Shown here: piece after piece, positions 6,898 to 14,529 of the stretch | Position numbering within the stretch: position 1 is the stretch's first letter | How the letters are laid out: each line of letters starts with the position of its first letter | Origin: a virus | Length of the DNA stretch: 14,669 nucleotides | Reading direction: 5' to 3' (one strand) | Virus genome (UHGV): UHGV-0214741 | The notes under the pieces: generated by a model | Told to the model about the DNA's origin: nothing | What the model saw: only the letters and a program-made list of their open reading frames with translations | Databases searched by the model: none | Made by a program: the position numbers and the translations under genes

Positions 6898-7402
6898 ACA
6901 GTAAGCCTATTAGGGCACTTGCGCCAGCCCCAACAATGCTGGCAACGGTACTGTTTTCCAGTAACTGCTTTAATACTGATTTGGCTTGTACATCCCCCGA
7001 TTTAGCGACTTTTTCAACCAGTTCAGTGATGCTGATGTTTACCAGCATATGGTTATGCTCACCTATCTGCACTTGATCACCACTAATTGAACCAATGTTA
7101 AATGTATTACTTTTAGTTGGCGTCATATGTTCATTTCCCGTGATATTTTCAATATAGAGAGTCAACATATTTGGATGATTGGTTCCCTGTCTGCGGGTTC
7201 CATTGGGAAGCAACTTCATATCTATAATTTTTAGATTTATCTCGTTTTTACCGACACGCTGGATAATGTGTTGACCAATAGTTACTTCCGGTTCATTTGT
7301 ATATGGAATTAATACCTTGTTTTCTTTTGCGTTTCTTTTACCTCTGAATGATTCGCCATTAATTATGAAAGTATCAGGATATACCATTGCGCTTAAATTC
7401 AT
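6896..7402 (-). CDS. Accessory (cargo) gene: 168 aa hypothetical protein with a C-terminal hydrophobic Gly/Ala-rich tail, candidate membrane-anchored effector
   Basis: Only sizeable gene on the opposite strand. It has its own SD (AAGGA 6 nt before the ATG at 7402-7400) and its own terminator. Hand-counted G+C is roughly 32-43 percent over most of the gene versus about 58 percent in the adjacent capsid gene. C-terminus is STVASIVGAGASALIGLL. No motif I recognise in the N-terminal 145 aa. Confidence 0.65.
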   Translation of the reverse strand: MNLSAMVYPDTFIINGESFRGKRNAKENKVLIPYTNEPEVTIGQHIIQRVGKNEINLKIIDMKLLPNGTRRQGTNHPNMLTLYIENITGNEHMTPTKSNTFNIGSISGDQVQIGEHNHMLVNISITELVEKVAKSGDVQAKSVLKQLLENSTVASIVGAGASALIGLL

Positions 7403-7467
7403 GATGCGTCCTTTGTTGTAGTCAGAGACAGCAATAATAGGCCATGGTTTACTTCTTTTGTAAATTA

Positions 7468-7498
7468 TTTGTTCGTGTTCTTTCGTGGTTGTTCGGTC
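7468..7498. repeat. Internal third copy of the TTGTTCG repeat array, in the divergent promoter region between the cargo gene and the capsid operon
   Basis: TTTGTTCGTG (7468-7477), TTCTTTCGTGG (7478-7488), TTGTTCGGTC (7489-7498) at about 10 bp phasing; compare 14401-14431 and 331-370. Candidate minus-strand -35 TTTACA (7464-7459) and -10 TATTAT (7439-7434) lie immediately beside it. Confidence 0.5.
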
Positions 7499-7688
7499 TG
7501 ACTGACAGGTGTTTACATACTGATTTTTATGTATATGTTGGAGCGTGGCACTCAGACGTGAGCCGCCACAATGCCGCCTGACCCCCTGCGCGATGCCGGG
7601 TTGATCTGCGAGATGCCGAGAGTGTCGGGCGGCGCTCCCCCCGTGTTGGTTTCACGTCCTGAATCTTAACCAATACGAGAAAACCTTC

Positions 7689-8858
7689 ATGAAGAAATTA
7701 ATCGAACTCCGCCAGCAAAAAAACGCCCTGAAAAACCAGATGCGATCCCTGCTGGAAAAAGCCGACAGTGAAAACCGTAGTCTGAACGCTGAAGAAGGCA
7801 AACAGTTTGATGAACTGCGTGCAAAAGCTGATGCCCTCGACACAGAAATTTCCCGCCTCGAGTCTGTGGCTGATGAAGAACGCAGCAAGCCAGGAACGGG
7901 CATCCAGAAATTATCATCTGATGAATTGCGTAACTACATCGTAACCGGAGATGTGCGATCACTGTCCACCAGCACTGACAGCGGCAGGGATGGCGGATAT
8001 ACCGTAATTCCTGAGCTTGATCGCGAAGTCATGCGCCAGCTACAGGATGACAGTGTTATGCGCGTGATCGCGACCGTGAAGACCGCAAAATCAAATGAGT
8101 TTCAGAAACTGGTTTCCACTGGCGGCGCAACTGTAGGACGAGGCACAGAAGGCAGCGCACGCAGTGAAACCAACACCCCGAAAATTGAACGCGTAACCAT
8201 CAAGTTGAATCCGATCTACGCCTACCCGAAAACCACGCAGGAAATCCTGGATTTTTCAGAGGTGGATATTCTGGGCTGGTTATCCTCCGAAATTGCCGAC
8301 ACGTTCGCCAGCACCGAAGAGGATGATTTTGTTAATGGCGACGGTAACGGCAAGCCGAAAGGCTTCATGGCTTACACCCGTGCGGCGACCAGTGACAAAA
8401 CCCGCGCTTTTGGCACCATTGAAAAAATAGTAGCGGCAAGTGGAACCGCCATTACAGCGGACGAACTGATCGACATTCTCTACAAGCTGAAAGCGAAATA
8501 CCGCAAAAATGCCGTCTGGGTGATGAACTCGGGCACGGCAGGGACACTACAGAAGCTGAAAAATGAGAACGGCGATTATATCTGGCGCGACAGCCTTAAA
8601 GAAGGTGCGCCGGATATGTTGCTTGGTCGTCCTGTTTACTGCCTGGAGTCCATGCCGGACATCGGCGCAGGAAAAGCACCGCTAGCGGTTGGCGATTTCA
8701 GTCGTGGTTATTTCATCGTTGATCATGTAACAGGGATTCGCACCCGACCGGACAACATTACTGAACCCGGATTCTACAAGGTCCACACGGATAAATATCT
8801 GGGCGGTGGTGTGGTGGATTCAAACGCCATCAAAATTCTGGAAATGAAAGCTGGCTAG
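7689..8858 (+). CDS. Major capsid protein, HK97-type, with an N-terminal coiled-coil (scaffold-like delta) region
   Basis: 389 aa. The N-terminal roughly 70 aa are strongly helical and charged (LIELRQQKNALKNQMRSLLEKADSENRSLNAEEGKQFDELRAKADALDTEISRLE), followed by a body typical of HK97-family capsid proteins. Followed by a prohead protease and portal. Confidence 0.85.
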   Translation: MKKLIELRQQKNALKNQMRSLLEKADSENRSLNAEEGKQFDELRAKADALDTEISRLESVADEERSKPGTGIQKLSSDELRNYIVTGDVRSLSTSTDSGRDGGYTVIPELDREVMRQLQDDSVMRVIATVKTAKSNEFQKLVSTGGATVGRGTEGSARSETNTPKIERVTIKLNPIYAYPKTTQEILDFSEVDILGWLSSEIADTFASTEEDDFVNGDGNGKPKGFMAYTRAATSDKTRAFGTIEKIVAASGTAITADELIDILYKLKAKYRKNAVWVMNSGTAGTLQKLKNENGDYIWRDSLKEGAPDMLLGRPVYCLESMPDIGAGKAPLAVGDFSRGYFIVDHVTGIRTRPDNITEPGFYKVHTDKYLGGGVVDSNAIKILEMKAG

Positions 8859-8870
8859 TCATGAGTAAGG

Positions 8871-8892
8871 AGGAGGCTGCGGCCTCCTTTTT
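8871..8892 (+). terminator. Intra-operon rho-independent terminator/attenuator after the capsid gene
   Basis: AGGAGGC / GCCTCCT stem (8871-8877 / 8882-8888) with TGCG loop, followed by a T-run through 8892. It sits 13 nt after the capsid stop and before the protease SD (GGAG 8902-8905). Confidence 0.6.
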
Positions 8893-8912
8893 CAGCTTTA
8901 TGGAGTACACCG

Positions 8913-9473
8913 ATGAAAAACACCGATTTTGAAATCCGCACATCTGAACTGACCGCCAGCAATAAAAAGCTGGTGGGGTATGCCGTTCGCTGGAACAGCC
9001 TTTCAGAAATTATCTGGGACGAATTCCGCGAACAGTTCACGCCGGGGGCTTTTGCTGACTATCTGGCGACGGGTAATGATGTGCGCTGCCTGTATGAGCA
9101 TGACTATACCCAACTGCTGGGGCGCACCAAATCCGGCACTCTGGTACTGACTGAGGATAACACCGGGTTACGTTTTGAACTGACACCGCCGGATACCCAG
9201 CTTGGAAAAGATGTGCTTACGCTGGTGGAGCGTGGCGACATTACAGGAATGAGCTTTGGTTTTCGCGCATTATGCGAGGAGTGGAGTATCGCGCAAAAAC
9301 CGTATCTGCGTACCGTAACCGCCGCTGAACTCCGTGAAATCACAATAACGTCGATGCCTGCTTATCCAGAATCTGGCGTGGAGATTGCCCACCGTTCGTT
9401 GTTTGCACAGCACCCTGAATTACGTCCGACAGGAAATAATCGTCATCGCTGGTCTGAGCTGGCGGGGTTGTGA
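8913..9473 (+). CDS. Prohead maturation protease, HK97 family
   Basis: 186 aa; GYAVRWNS ... GAFADYL ... VRCLYEHD ... GLRFEL ... GDITGMSFGF matches the HK97 prohead protease pattern as I recall it. Confidence 0.85.
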   Translation: MKNTDFEIRTSELTASNKKLVGYAVRWNSLSEIIWDEFREQFTPGAFADYLATGNDVRCLYEHDYTQLLGRTKSGTLVLTEDNTGLRFELTPPDTQLGKDVLTLVERGDITGMSFGFRALCEEWSIAQKPYLRTVTAAELREITITSMPAYPESGVEIAHRSLFAQHPELRPTGNNRHRWSELAGL

Positions 9474-9474
9474 T

Positions 9475-10689
9475 ATGTGGTGGCCTTTTAGTCGTAAAAA
9501 AAGCGAGCAGCGTAACCTGTCCATTGATGATTTTCTGGCGCTGTCCGGCGTACCGAATACCGGATCCGGAGAATATGTTTCTGCCGGGACGGCTGAATCA
9601 TTGCCTGCAGTGATGAATGCGGTTTCTGTCATCGCTGAGGCGGTGGCCACGATGCCGTGTTATCTGTATCTGGTACGTAATGACAAGGGCAGGGAGGCGC
9701 GGGAATGGCTGGACAGTCACCCAGTAGATATTCTGCTGAATGAGCAGCCTAATTCGTGCCAGACACCTTACCAGTTTAAACGCACAATGATGCGTCACTG
9801 CCTGCTAAACGGTAACGCCTATGCGGTTATTGAGTGGGGGCAGGACGGGCAGCCAAAATCACTTCATCCTTATGCGCCGGGGTGTGTTGTACCGGAACGC
9901 ACAGGCGCACACAAATACCGCTATACCATCACCGAACCCTGTACAGGAACGGTGCGCACGTATTTACAGGAAGAAGTTTTGCATCTCCGCTATGCCTCGG
10001 ATGATGGCTTTCTGGGGCGTTCCCCCGTCACGATTTGCCGTGAGGCGCTGGGGCTTGGCCTTGCTCAACAGCGTCACGGAGCCAGCATTATGAAAGATGG
10101 CATGATGGCGGCAGGGATTATCACGTCAGGCGAATGGCTGGACGGCGTGAAAGGTAAACAGGCATTGGATGCTCTGGAACGCTACAAGGGGGCGAAAAAT
10201 GCCGGAAAAACGCCAATCCTTGAAGGGGGCATGGATTACAGGCAACTGGGAATGAGTAACCAGGATGCGGAATGGCTGGCCTCCCGTCGCTTCTCCATTG
10301 AAGACATCGCCCGCATGTTCAACGTATCGCCTATTTTTCTGCAGGAATACAGCAACAGCACCTACAGCAATTTCAGCGAGGCAAGCCGCGCGTTTCTGAC
10401 CATGACAATGCGCCCGTGGCTGGCGAACTTCGAACAGCAAATCAAGGCCGCTTTGCTGGTGGCTTCTCCCGTACCTGGTACCCGTTATCTGGTTGAGTTT
10501 GATTCAGCCGATTTATTACGCGCCACACCCACCGAACGTTATGCCACGTATGAGAAAGGGATTAAGAACGGGATCATGAATCCGAACGAAGCCCGTGAGC
10601 GTGAGGGTATGCCGCCGCGTGAAGGTGGTGATGAGTTCAGCCAGGCATGGAAACAGACTGTGGAAATTAAAGGGAGAAAAGATGAGTGA
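9475..10689 (+). CDS. Portal protein, HK97 family
   Basis: The ORF track starts at 9385 inside the protease gene. ATG 9475 (MWWPFSRKK...) begins 1 nt after the protease stop and is the more likely start. About 404 aa, with length and position typical of HK97-type portals. Confidence 0.85.
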   Translation: MWWPFSRKKSEQRNLSIDDFLALSGVPNTGSGEYVSAGTAESLPAVMNAVSVIAEAVATMPCYLYLVRNDKGREAREWLDSHPVDILLNEQPNSCQTPYQFKRTMMRHCLLNGNAYAVIEWGQDGQPKSLHPYAPGCVVPERTGAHKYRYTITEPCTGTVRTYLQEEVLHLRYASDDGFLGRSPVTICREALGLGLAQQRHGASIMKDGMMAAGIITSGEWLDGVKGKQALDALERYKGAKNAGKTPILEGGMDYRQLGMSNQDAEWLASRRFSIEDIARMFNVSPIFLQEYSNSTYSNFSEASRAFLTMTMRPWLANFEQQIKAALLVASPVPGTRYLVEFDSADLLRATPTERYATYEKGIKNGIMNPNEAREREGMPPREGGDEFSQAWKQTVEIKGRKDE

Positions 10690-10984
10690 AGCCAGAATTA
10701 CACCTGATGAAGTCAGGGCACATCTTCGACTTGATGATGATTTATCCGGTGAAGGCGAACTTCTGAAAATGTATACCGATGCGGCGCTGGAAGCCTGCCA
10801 GAAGCATATCGGGAAACGTTTTGAAGACGGGCTGGAATTTACCCCGGCAATGCGTGTTGGTTGCCTGATGTACATCGCTTTCCTGTACGAGAACCGGGAA
10901 GCGGTTTCACCAGTGGAGCACTCGGAACTGCCTATGGCTATTTCTGCGCTCTGGTCAGTTTATCGTGACGTAGGGGTGTACTGA
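10682..10984 (+). CDS. Head-tail connector (gp6-like head-tail adaptor) protein
   Basis: The ORF track begins at 10595, but ATG 10682 has GGGAG 5 nt upstream and overlaps the portal stop. MSEARITPDEVRAHLRLDDD...GELLKMYTDAALEACQKHIGKR fits the gp6-like connector pattern. About 100 aa. Confidence 0.7.
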   Translation: MSEARITPDEVRAHLRLDDDLSGEGELLKMYTDAALEACQKHIGKRFEDGLEFTPAMRVGCLMYIAFLYENREAVSPVEHSELPMAISALWSVYRDVGVY

Positions 10985-11424
10985 TGCCGTGGCAACCATT
11001 AAGGCGATGCACTGAGCCTGGCTGTAATAAGCGCGTGAAGTCCGGCAAGTGTGAAGAGCACAGGCGGGCTGCATGGCGTGCAGAGGATGCCAGACGGGGA
11101 CACCGCCGCGCGCGCGGGTATTCCCGACAGTGGGACAAATACCGCGCCCTGTACCTGAGCAAAAACCCGTTATGCGTGCGTTGTCTGGCTAAGGGGATTT
11201 ATACGCCAGCTCTTGTGGTGGATCACATCATTCCCATCAATGGCGGCGGTGATGTTCTCTTCTGGCCTGAGTGGAATCACCAGGCATTGTGCCAGACGTG
11301 CCACAACCGTAAGACGACACGAGAAGATCCAGCCACGAAAGCAAACCGTAAAGCGGGCATGTATCGCGAGCAGGAAGAACGGGCGGCACACCGTAACGAC
11401 TGGATGTATGGCGATGATGACTGA
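10984..11424 (+). CDS. HNH endonuclease (packaging-associated, terminase partner)
   Basis: 146 aa; Cys-rich N-terminus (CTEPGCNKRVKSGKCEEH) and HNH core VVDHIIPINGGGD ... WNHQALCQTCHNRKT. Its ATG overlaps the connector stop (TGATG). Position immediately upstream of terS is the usual one for HNH-dependent cos packaging. Confidence 0.85.
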   Translation: MPWQPLRRCTEPGCNKRVKSGKCEEHRRAAWRAEDARRGHRRARGYSRQWDKYRALYLSKNPLCVRCLAKGIYTPALVVDHIIPINGGGDVLFWPEWNHQALCQTCHNRKTTREDPATKANRKAGMYREQEERAAHRNDWMYGDDD

Positions 11425-11600
11425 ACAGGAGCAAACCAGGCTGATACGTGGACTGATAAGGCAGCGTGACACATGGAAGACACAGGAGACAGAGCACAAA
11501 GCCAACAGGACAGGGCGCACAAAACGCACCACAGCGAAGCGATTAACCGACCGTGACCGCGAGGTCATGGAATGTTTTCGCAATCGCTGGTGAGGCCGTC

Positions 11601-11700
11601 AGAGGGGGTGGGGGTGGTTTTCAGGACGAAACCGTCCCTGCCGGACACCGACCGCCCCCTCAAATTTTTGTGCACGGTAATTTTTTTGAAAATAATTGGG
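11601..11700. other. Candidate cos / terminase recognition region: GC-rich dyad element followed by an AT-rich tract, directly upstream of terS
   Basis: GAGGGGGTGG (11602-11611) pairs with CCGCCCCCTC (11652-11661) with one mismatch; nested GGACG-AAAC-CGTCC hairpin (11624-11637); then AAATTTTTG...TTTTTTTGAAAATAATT. Functional assignment is by position only. Confidence 0.3.
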
Positions 11701-11712
11701 CGAAAAAAGAAC

Positions 11713-12069
11713 ATGGCAAGACCACCAAAAGCCCCCGCTTACCTGGATGAAATCGCGGTCAGGCAGTGGAAGGAAAAATCGCGCCAGCTTTCCGGGCGGG
11801 AAGACCTTACCCCCGCCGACTGGAGCAATCTGGAACTGTATTGCGTTAACTACTCTATATACCGCAAAGCCGTCGAAGACCTTGCGACGCGCGGGTTCAG
11901 CATTGTTAACAGTCAGGGCAGCGAGAGCAGAAACCCCGCACTGAGCGCAAAGGCTGACGCAGAAAGAATAATGATCAAAATGGCTTCTTTGCTGGGTTTT
12001 GACCCGGTAAGCCGTCGCAGAAATCCACCGGAAACAGAGGAAGAGGACGAACTTGACCGCCTGGCATGA
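11713..12069 (+). CDS. terS: Terminase small subunit, P27-family-like
   Basis: The ORF track starts at 11572, but the recognisable protein begins at ATG 11713 (MARPPKAPAYLDEIAVRQWKEK...), a typical P27-type TerS N-terminus. About 118 aa. Confidence 0.8.
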   Translation: MARPPKAPAYLDEIAVRQWKEKSRQLSGREDLTPADWSNLELYCVNYSIYRKAVEDLATRGFSIVNSQGSESRNPALSAKADAERIMIKMASLLGFDPVSRRRNPPETEEEDELDRLA

Positions 12070-13714
12070 GTACGCAGAAGGCGTAAAAAACGGCAAAATT
12101 ACGGCCTGTAAACGACTGAAACAGGCTGTTAAACGGTATTTTTCTGACCTTGAAAACTCCCTTTACACGTTCGATCCGGAGGTCGTGGAGCGGTTTATTG
12201 CCTTTTCCCGGGTGTGCCCGCACGTAAAAGGCGCAATGCGCGGTAGCCCCATTGAACTTGAGCCGTGGCAGCAGTTCGCCTTTGCCTGCATCCTGGGATT
12301 TAAGGTTAAGGCCACCGGACGGCGCAAATACACCAGCGCATTCATTGAAGTACCGCGAAAAAATGCCAAATCCACGGTCGCCGCTATCCTGGCTAACTGG
12401 TTTCTGGTTATGGAAAACGGGCAGCAGGATATTTACACCGCCGCCGTGAGTCGTGATCAGGCGCGGATCGTGTTTGATGATGCGCGTCAGATGTGCCTTT
12501 TATCCCGACCGTTACGAAAGCGGGTAAATATTCAGGCGCACAAGGTGATACACCCGAAAACCAACAGCCTGTTAAAGCCACTGGCAGCAAAAGCGGCAAC
12601 CATTGAGGGGACAAACCCGAGTCTTGCCATTGTGGATGAATATCACCTGCACCCAGACAACGGGGTTTATTCCGCACTTGAACTGGGGATGGGGGCGCGT
12701 CCGGAGGGGCTGTTATTTGCCATCACCACATCGGGGAGCAACGTTGTTTCAGCCTGTAAACAACACTACGACTATTGCTGCCAGATACTGGATGGTGAAG
12801 AGGTGAACGAATCCATGTTCGTACTGATTTACGAGCTGGATGATGAAAGCGAGGTTGACGATCCGGCGATGTGGATAAAGGCGAATCCCAATATCGATGT
12901 TTCCGTCGATCGTGAAAAACTGGCCTCAACCATCCAGAAAGCGCGGGGTATTCCGTCGCAGTGGGTGGAAATGCTCACCAAGCGATTCAATATCTGGTGT
13001 CAGGGGGCTACGCCGTGGATGGGTAACGGTGCATGGGCGGAGTGCGCCGGAACGTTCGCTGAGGCGGATTTATACGGGCAGGAGTGCTATGCGGGGCTGG
13101 ACTTATCATCAACCAGCGATATTTCCAGCGTGTGCTATGCCTTTCCGGTCGGTAAAAAGATTATGCTGGTTTCACGTCACTATCTACCGGAATTTCAGCT
13201 ACAGAACCCTGCCAATAAAAACCGCGCCATCTATCGCCAGTGGGCAAAGGCGGGCTGGATACGCACAACACCGGGTGACTGCATTGATTATGACCGTATC
13301 CGTGATGACATCATGGCGGATGCAGAGAATTTCAATATCAGGCTGGTGGGTTTCGATACATGGAACGCCACGCACCTGAGGACGCAGCTACAGGGAGCGG
13401 GATTTGAGGTGGAGCCGTTCCCGCAAACGTACCTTCGTTTTAGTCCGGCGGCGAAATCGTTCGAAGTTTTTGTTAACCGGAAGGTGATTGTTCATCGTGG
13501 TGATCCGGTGCTGGCCTGGTCAATGAGTAATGTTGTGATGCAGAGTGACGCGAACGCCAATATCAAGCCGAACAAGAAAAAATCATCCAATAAGATAGAC
13601 CCGAGCGTTGCGGCGCTGATGGCGTTTGGCACATTCCAGGCTGAGCATGAGGAATTTGCATTTGATATGAGCGACAGCCAGAAAGAGCGACTTGCGGCAT
13701 TTGATGGGGTATGA
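12053..13714 (+). CDS. terL: Terminase large subunit (Terminase_1-like ATPase/nuclease)
   Basis: 553 aa. The ORF opens with TTG at 12053, preceded by AGAGGA 5 nt upstream; there is no in-frame ATG nearby. It overlaps the terS 3' end. Size and position fit TerL; VPRKNAKST is a Walker-A-like motif. The exact start is uncertain. Confidence 0.85.
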   Translation: MTAWHEYAEGVKNGKITACKRLKQAVKRYFSDLENSLYTFDPEVVERFIAFSRVCPHVKGAMRGSPIELEPWQQFAFACILGFKVKATGRRKYTSAFIEVPRKNAKSTVAAILANWFLVMENGQQDIYTAAVSRDQARIVFDDARQMCLLSRPLRKRVNIQAHKVIHPKTNSLLKPLAAKAATIEGTNPSLAIVDEYHLHPDNGVYSALELGMGARPEGLLFAITTSGSNVVSACKQHYDYCCQILDGEEVNESMFVLIYELDDESEVDDPAMWIKANPNIDVSVDREKLASTIQKARGIPSQWVEMLTKRFNIWCQGATPWMGNGAWAECAGTFAEADLYGQECYAGLDLSSTSDISSVCYAFPVGKKIMLVSRHYLPEFQLQNPANKNRAIYRQWAKAGWIRTTPGDCIDYDRIRDDIMADAENFNIRLVGFDTWNATHLRTQLQGAGFEVEPFPQTYLRFSPAAKSFEVFVNRKVIVHRGDPVLAWSMSNVVMQSDANANIKPNKKKSSNKIDPSVAALMAFGTFQAEHEEFAFDMSDSQKERLAAFDGV

Positions 13715-14001
13715 CGAGAATGACTGAAACTGATCTACTAAAAATAATTCGCCGCATTACCGGAATCAGTCAGCAGCCTGACGAACAGGCTACACAGCCG
13801 GACAGCGTGATAGCCGAAAATTACGCGCGTGTGGTGGCTGAGGTAATGCGCCGTGACGGTATTGAGCTTAACGGCGTGGATATGCGCAACATACGAACCA
13901 GAGTTCTTGAGTTGCTGGCATACCGTCGCCGTTCTCAACAACGGAGGGAGAGCGCGAAAAATACTTACCAGTGGAGGAAGCCGGAGCACTTACGGCGGTA
14001 A
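13711..14001 (+). CDS. Hypothetical protein (96 aa), translationally coupled to terL
   Basis: Its ATG overlaps the terL stop (ATGA at 13711-13714). Arg-rich C-terminus. Last gene of the packaging operon; function unknown. Confidence 0.5.
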   Translation: MTRMTETDLLKIIRRITGISQQPDEQATQPDSVIAENYARVVAEVMRRDGIELNGVDMRNIRTRVLELLAYRRRSQQRRESAKNTYQWRKPEHLRR

Positions 14002-14020
14002 CTGGTTGATATTACCGAAA

Positions 14021-14226
14021 GTGCAAAAATGCACTTAGCAACTGGTGGCGAGTTGCAGATCTGCAACTCGACTATGAAACTACCCGTAGTTTGGGTAGTA
14101 AGAGTAACACCCAGATTTTGGGGCTTACTCGCGATACCCAAATAAAGGGTATCGGTGTAAGAAATATCGTTTCTCATATGTGAGCACCGAGGGCGGAATT
14201 CCGCCTTCGGTTACTTATTGTGCTCA
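14021..14226. repeat. Non-coding cluster of perfect and near-perfect palindromes / stem-loops
   Basis: GTGCA-AAAA-TGCAC (14021-14034); perfect 18 bp palindrome AGTTGCAGATCTGCAACT (14051-14068); ACTACCC-N7-GGGTAGT (14079-14099); GATACCC-N7-GGGTATC (14133-14153); perfect 14 bp GGCGGAATTCCGCC (14192-14205) inside a 24 bp near-palindrome (14187-14210), itself flanked by TGAGCAC (14181-14187) and GTGCTCA (14220-14226). Confidence 0.5.
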
Positions 14227-14400
14227 TGCACAGGGAGGGGCGGGTCAAATCTCTGTACCCTGACGTCTTCCGGACTGCCAGCCCCATCGATTTTTTATAC
14301 CCGCGAAAAATGAAAAACGCTTCACGCTGGTGGGCCTGATGCCGATAACTGGTTTCATGACTGATAGCCGGAAAATGATAACGATTAAAGCGTGTTGATC

Positions 14401-14461
14401 TTTGTTCGTGGTTGTTCGATATTGTTCGTGGAACGGTGTAGTTAATGGTGTAGTTAATTTT
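14401..14461. repeat. Right arm repeat block: TTGTTCG repeats x3 followed by tandem GGTGTAGTTAAT x2
   Basis: TTTGTTCGTGG (14401-14411), TTGTTCGAT (14412-14420), ATTGTTCGTGG (14421-14431), then ACGGTGTAGTTAATGGTGTAGTTAATTTT (14433-14461). This 29-mer matches 372-400 with one mismatch. Confidence 0.6.
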
Positions 14462-14529
14462 ACTGTTTTTGACGAGCTTATTGTTTGCAACTCAATGAAA
14501 AATAAAGGCTAATAAGCCAAATGCTATAA

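Noticed and set aside
9385-9474. ORF-track start of the portal gene inside the protease gene
   Set aside because: ATG 9475, 1 nt after the protease stop and beginning MWWPFSRKK, is a more conventional start. The upstream extension overlaps the protease C-terminus in another frame.
10595-10681. N-terminal extension of the connector ORF overlapping the portal 3' end
   Set aside because: ATG 10682 has a GGGAG SD and the expected ATGA-type overlap with the portal stop.
11572-11712. 47-codon N-terminal extension of terS in the ORF track
   Set aside because: The recognisable TerS N-terminus (MARPPKAP...) starts at 11713; the extension runs through the GC-rich dyad that is more likely cos DNA.
14051-14068. 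18 bp perfect palindrome as a transposon terminal inverted repeat
   Set aside because: There is no transposase gene or matching distant inverted repeat; it is one of several local dyads in the same block.
13965-14490. Minus-strand ORFs 13965-14177 and 14245-14490
   Set aside because: They cover the palindrome cluster and right arm repeats, have no SD and have odd composition. The region is better read as structured non-coding DNA.
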